Below are positions 7,525-10,227 of a DNA stretch of 10,227 nucleotides, one piece after another. A program made the position numbers and the translations under genes. Each line of letters starts with the position of its first letter. Positions within the stretch are counted from its first letter, which is position 1. The stretch is from an uncultured delta proteobacterium (lineage in GTDB: Bacteria > Desulfobacterota > Binatia > UBA9968). The notes beneath the pieces are model-generated. The model worked only from the letters and a program-made list of their open reading frames with translations. It was not told where the DNA came from and made no database searches. The stretch spans positions 1 through 10,227 of the forward strand of contig CAWJBB010000018.1 in assembly GCA_963840855.1 (NCBI GenBank), read 5' to 3'.

Positions 7525-8529
7525 GTGATCAGAAGAATCTTCTATGCCAATTTTTTGTTTTTTCTCCTGATTTCAACAACTTTAACGGCTCAGGAGAAGA
7601 AGTCGCCGACCTTACAGGTAGCCTACGGAGCCCACTCGCCGAGCCGCTTTCCATATTTCGCCGCTAAGCAGGCACAGTTGTATCAAAAGCACGGTCTGGC
7701 GGTGAATCTGCTTTTCATCAGCGGCGCTCCCACGGCCCTTAACGCCCTCGTCGGCGGCGATATGCACATGGTTGCTACCTCCGGCGTGGCCGCTGCTTCC
7801 TTGGGCACTGCCGGAGGACAGGTAGTGATAATTGCAAGCATCGGAACCACTCCATATCGCCTGGTTGCGCGCCCCGAAATAAACTCGTTAGAGGAACTCC
7901 AGGGGAAGATAATCGGCATAGACCGCATCGGGGGAGCCACGGACTTCGCCCTCCAGGTATTGTTGCCGCAATTGCGCTTAGTCCCGGGAAAAGATGTAAA
8001 GCTTTTCCCCACCGGCTTAACCAATCCTGAACATAGAATTCAGCTCATGCGTCAAGGAAAAATCGATGCCACCTTGTCCGTTCCGGACGTCATCTTGAGG
8101 GTAACCAGCCAGGGGTACAAGATTAACACACTAGTAGATCTCGTCGAACGTGGGGTTTATACGAGCGGGGGCGATCTCATCACTTCGCGGCAGTTTCTCA
8201 AGGACAACCGTGGCTTGGCCCTCGCCTTTCTCAAAGCGCTGAGCGAAGCCATTTGGCTCGGCAAAACCAATAGAAACCTTGCCTCGAAGGTTTACCGGGA
8301 TTATCTCAAGACCGACAATGCCGAAGTTCTTGATGTTCTATATCAAACCTACGTTCAAGGGGTGATTAAAGCGAAGCCCTATCCTGATGCTCAAGAGCTG
8401 CAAAAAACCGTAGACTTCATAGCCACTGATAATCCTCGCCTCCGCGGTGTCAACGCGGCGAACTACACCGATGACAGTCTGATTAGCGAATTGGATAAGG
8501 ACGGATTCTTCGCGCGGCTCTACCGCTAG
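7525..8529 (+). CDS. ABC transporter substrate-binding protein, NMT1/THI5-SsuA/TauA-like
   Basis: GTG start with GAGGT at 7515-7519 and a signal peptide. Motifs: LYQKHGL.V.L, AL..LVGGD, I.S.EELQGK.IGI...GGATD, G.IDA, AFLKAL.EA and C-terminal DDSLI.ELDKDGFF..LY. Confidence 0.88.
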   Translation: MIRRIFYANFLFFLLISTTLTAQEKKSPTLQVAYGAHSPSRFPYFAAKQAQLYQKHGLAVNLLFISGAPTALNALVGGDMHMVATSGVAAASLGTAGGQVVIIASIGTTPYRLVARPEINSLEELQGKIIGIDRIGGATDFALQVLLPQLRLVPGKDVKLFPTGLTNPEHRIQLMRQGKIDATLSVPDVILRVTSQGYKINTLVDLVERGVYTSGGDLITSRQFLKDNRGLALAFLKALSEAIWLGKTNRNLASKVYRDYLKTDNAEVLDVLYQTYVQGVIKAKPYPDAQELQKTVDFIATDNPRLRGVNAANYTDDSLISELDKDGFFARLYR

Positions 8530-8681
8530 TGGCGACGACAGTCGTTAAGTTTTTGCCGCGCGTTGTTAGGCTTTAAGGATTGATGATGGTAACGCTGGTT
8601 CAAACTTCCATGTCTACGGCCCAAAGTTAAGGACAACAGATTGCCGTTCAATATCGGCTCCGGCGCACTTTGAACATTGAA

Positions 8682-8705
8682 CCCGTTCGACAAGTCTCAG
8701 GGCAG
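8682..8705. repeat. REP-like intergenic sequence forming the left (+ strand) flank of the IS110 insertion
   Basis: CCCGTTCGACAAGTCTCAGGGCAG resembles, from recollection, dispersed repeats of the CCCTTCGACAAGCTCAGGGCAGGC type. Only one copy is in the window, so repeat status is unproven. Confidence 0.45.
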
Positions 8706-8724
8706 ACTTTCTATGAGACTTGTC
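8689..8724. repeat. Perfect 11-bp inverted repeat straddling the IS right junction
   Basis: GACAAGTCTCA (8689-8699) and TGAGACTTGTC (8714-8724), separated by 14 nt. Confidence 0.85.
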
Positions 8725-8726
8725 AA
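8721..8726 (-). promoter_or_regulatory. -35 hexamer TTGACA in the IS right end (half of the circle-junction promoter)
   Basis: The + strand TGTCAA is a consensus TTGACA on the minus strand. It points out of the element, with 17 nt through to the end of the CT core. Confidence 0.8.
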
Positions 8727-8745
8727 GCCCCCTTATAGATTTTTT

Positions 8746-9972
8746 TTATGTGGCCTGGCGCATTCTTTGCCTGGTGATATTGGCCAAATGGTAGTTTTCG
8801 TCGTACGGTTTATGGTCTCGCCACATCACGAAAATAATCTTGAGCCACTTGGCTCCCAAAGCCCGAAGCGCTTGAGGATGGCTGTGTCCCTTCGCCCGTT
8901 GGTCGCGATAGTATTTGTCCGCCCACTCGCACCGATTGAGCGAGCTAAAGGAAAACCAGTAAGTGGCATAACGCAGCAGCTTGTTACACGCATAACGAAA
9001 CTGTACAAAACAGCTCTTGCCACTCTTTATGGTCACCGGCACCGCACCGGCCTCGGCCTGAAGGTGACGAAAAGAAACCCATCGACTCTCAGTATCGCCC
9101 AGCTCAGCCCAAAGCATGGGTATGGTCGTTCCACTCTTGCCGCCCGGCAGCGTCTTGGCCAGATCAGATGCCGGCGTAGAGGCGAAAAAACGTTGGACCT
9201 TTTCGCGGTAGCTATCCACCGCTTCACTCAAAGTTTTGAGCTGACCCACGAGCACCGCAAGCAACTGCGACTTGGCTCTCACCACATGCTCGGGAACCTT
9301 CAGTTGAGGTTTATTGAGATCTTCCCACAACTGCTCACAGCGCTCCTTACCAAGATGATGCTCGCGCATGGCAAAGCGGTTCCATTCTCTGCGGCTAAGA
9401 TTCGACAGGGCTTGGGGGGTCGGATACTTCGTGAGAAAATCCAGGGCAATCTTCGATTCCAGATCAGCAAACACCTCCAAGGGCCGTGGATAGTACTCTT
9501 TAAGGGTGCGATCGAGCAGATTGCGTATACGCGTTTTATGGCGCCCCAGACGGTGGTGATCCCGAGTGAGCATTTTAAGTTCCTGGGCCTGCTCAGAATC
9601 GGGTTGAAGGGCTCTCAAGCGGGCATGATCGCTCCTCACAATATCCGCCAACACGTAGGCATCAAAGGAATCGCTCTTGGACTGGCTCATCCGAAACCGA
9701 TCCCGAGATCGATCCAAAGCCTTGGGATTGATCGGATAGACCACTACCCCATGATCCAACAGAAAATCCACAATCCGCCCTTGTGGCTTCTCAATGGCCG
9801 CCCACAACTCGATCCCCTGCGCCCGACGCTCGTCGAGCCAGCGGCCAAACTCACTCAGGGCTTCGGCTTTCTGAGCCAGTTTTATCTCGATTACTTTTTT
9901 GCCCTCTACATCGCCGACCCAAACCTGATGAAACTCATCGGCCCAATCCACACCCAAATAGTATCGCTCCAA
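8746..9972 (-). CDS. IS110-family transposase/recombinase (408 aa)
   Basis: TTG start with AAGGAG at 9982-9987. RuvC-like DEDD residues in YLGVDWA, AIE and SKSDSFDA. C-terminal domain LPG...AELGD...AGAVPVTIKSGK with the conserved Ser, then CNKLLR and ALRAL. The frame is intact. Confidence 0.96.
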   Translation of the reverse strand: MERYYLGVDWADEFHQVWVGDVEGKKVIEIKLAQKAEALSEFGRWLDERRAQGIELWAAIEKPQGRIVDFLLDHGVVVYPINPKALDRSRDRFRMSQSKSDSFDAYVLADIVRSDHARLRALQPDSEQAQELKMLTRDHHRLGRHKTRIRNLLDRTLKEYYPRPLEVFADLESKIALDFLTKYPTPQALSNLSRREWNRFAMREHHLGKERCEQLWEDLNKPQLKVPEHVVRAKSQLLAVLVGQLKTLSEAVDSYREKVQRFFASTPASDLAKTLPGGKSGTTIPMLWAELGDTESRWVSFRHLQAEAGAVPVTIKSGKSCFVQFRYACNKLLRYATYWFSFSSLNRCEWADKYYRDQRAKGHSHPQALRALGAKWLKIIFVMWRDHKPYDENYHLANITRQRMRQAT

Positions 9973-10003
9973 GTTCTTCTACTCCTTCTTTTTTTATTCC
10001 CTT

Positions 10004-10203
10004 TTCTAAAAGCGCTGAACGGAATGTTCGCCTTATATCGGTCCTCCAAGGGACAACTTTCTATTGAACCTTTAGCTCCGTTCTCTCGCTGGCCGGGACA
10101 GTCTGCCCCAGATCCTCATGGCGGATCAGGCCTCGAAGGTCCTCATGCCAGCAAGCTCTCAGAATCGGTGTTAATCCAATTACGTTATACCTATAAACGT
10201 GAC
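10004..10203 (-). ncRNA. Predicted IS110 bridge RNA with target-binding loop (10085-10155) and donor-binding loop (10017-10083); ends approximate
   Basis: Two stem-loops, each with an 11x11-nt internal loop, whose sequences match the element junctions. It lies just downstream of the junction promoter -10 and upstream of the recombinase RBS. Confidence 0.82.
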
Positions 10204-10209
10204 CTTACT

Positions 10210-10215
10210 AATATA
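10210..10215 (-). promoter_or_regulatory. -10 hexamer TATATT at the IS left end (other half of the circle-junction promoter)
   Basis: Immediately inside the CT core. Joining the ends gives TTGACA-AGTCTCATAGAAAGTCT-TATATT (17-nt spacer). Confidence 0.78.
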
Positions 10216-10227
10216 AGGCCCTTAGGC

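Larger units (their letters stand above)
8704..10217 (-). mobile_element. Complete IS110-family insertion sequence (IS110 group: long 5' non-coding end, short 3' end, CT core at both junctions)
   Basis: Contains an IS110 recombinase. In element orientation the junctions are AAGGGC-CT-TATATT (core 10216-10217) and ATAGAAAGT-CT-GCCCTG (core 8704-8705). The boundaries are supported by the 17-bp promoter spacing on joining the ends and by guide matches in the 5' non-coding end. Confidence 0.9.

Noticed and set aside
8530-8560. Rho-independent terminator after the last binding-protein gene
   Set aside because: ACGAC-A-GTCGT has only a 1-nt loop, and the T run is not adjacent to a stable stem.
9783-10067. 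94-aa + strand ORF over the recombinase start and left end
   Set aside because: It is antisense to the recombinase and bridge RNA, low in complexity, and has no RBS or motifs.
8694-10227. GTCTCAGGGC / GCCCTTAGGC as terminal inverted repeats of the IS (IS1111-like)
   Set aside because: They lie outside the CT cores defined by promoter spacing and guide matches, so they are the halves of a palindromic target. The long non-coding end is 5', as in the IS110 group.

Overview
The + strand carries a co-oriented catabolic-type cluster (32-8529). It encodes a three-subunit molybdenum hydroxylase of the xanthine dehydrogenase/CoxLMS family in L-M-S order (lacking the form I CO dehydrogenase motif), an OsmC-family protein, an FbpA/FbpB-like ABC binding protein and permease, and a second NMT1/SsuA-like binding protein. 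No ABC ATPase is in the window. A frameshifted 5' remnant of a UbiD-family decarboxylase gene sits between the M and S subunit genes. The right end holds an apparently complete, minus-strand IS110-family element (about 1.5 kb between two CT cores at 8704-8705 and 10216-10217). From the sequence alone one can read its DEDD/Ser recombinase, a promoter formed only on circularisation (TTGACA-17 bp-TATATT), and a bridge RNA whose two guide loops match the element's own junctions. The element inserted at the centre of a quasi-palindromic, REP-like site. Bridge-RNA recombination is a known mechanism; whether this element and its guides are new needs a database search. All family assignments come from motif recognition and all RNA folds were done by eye.
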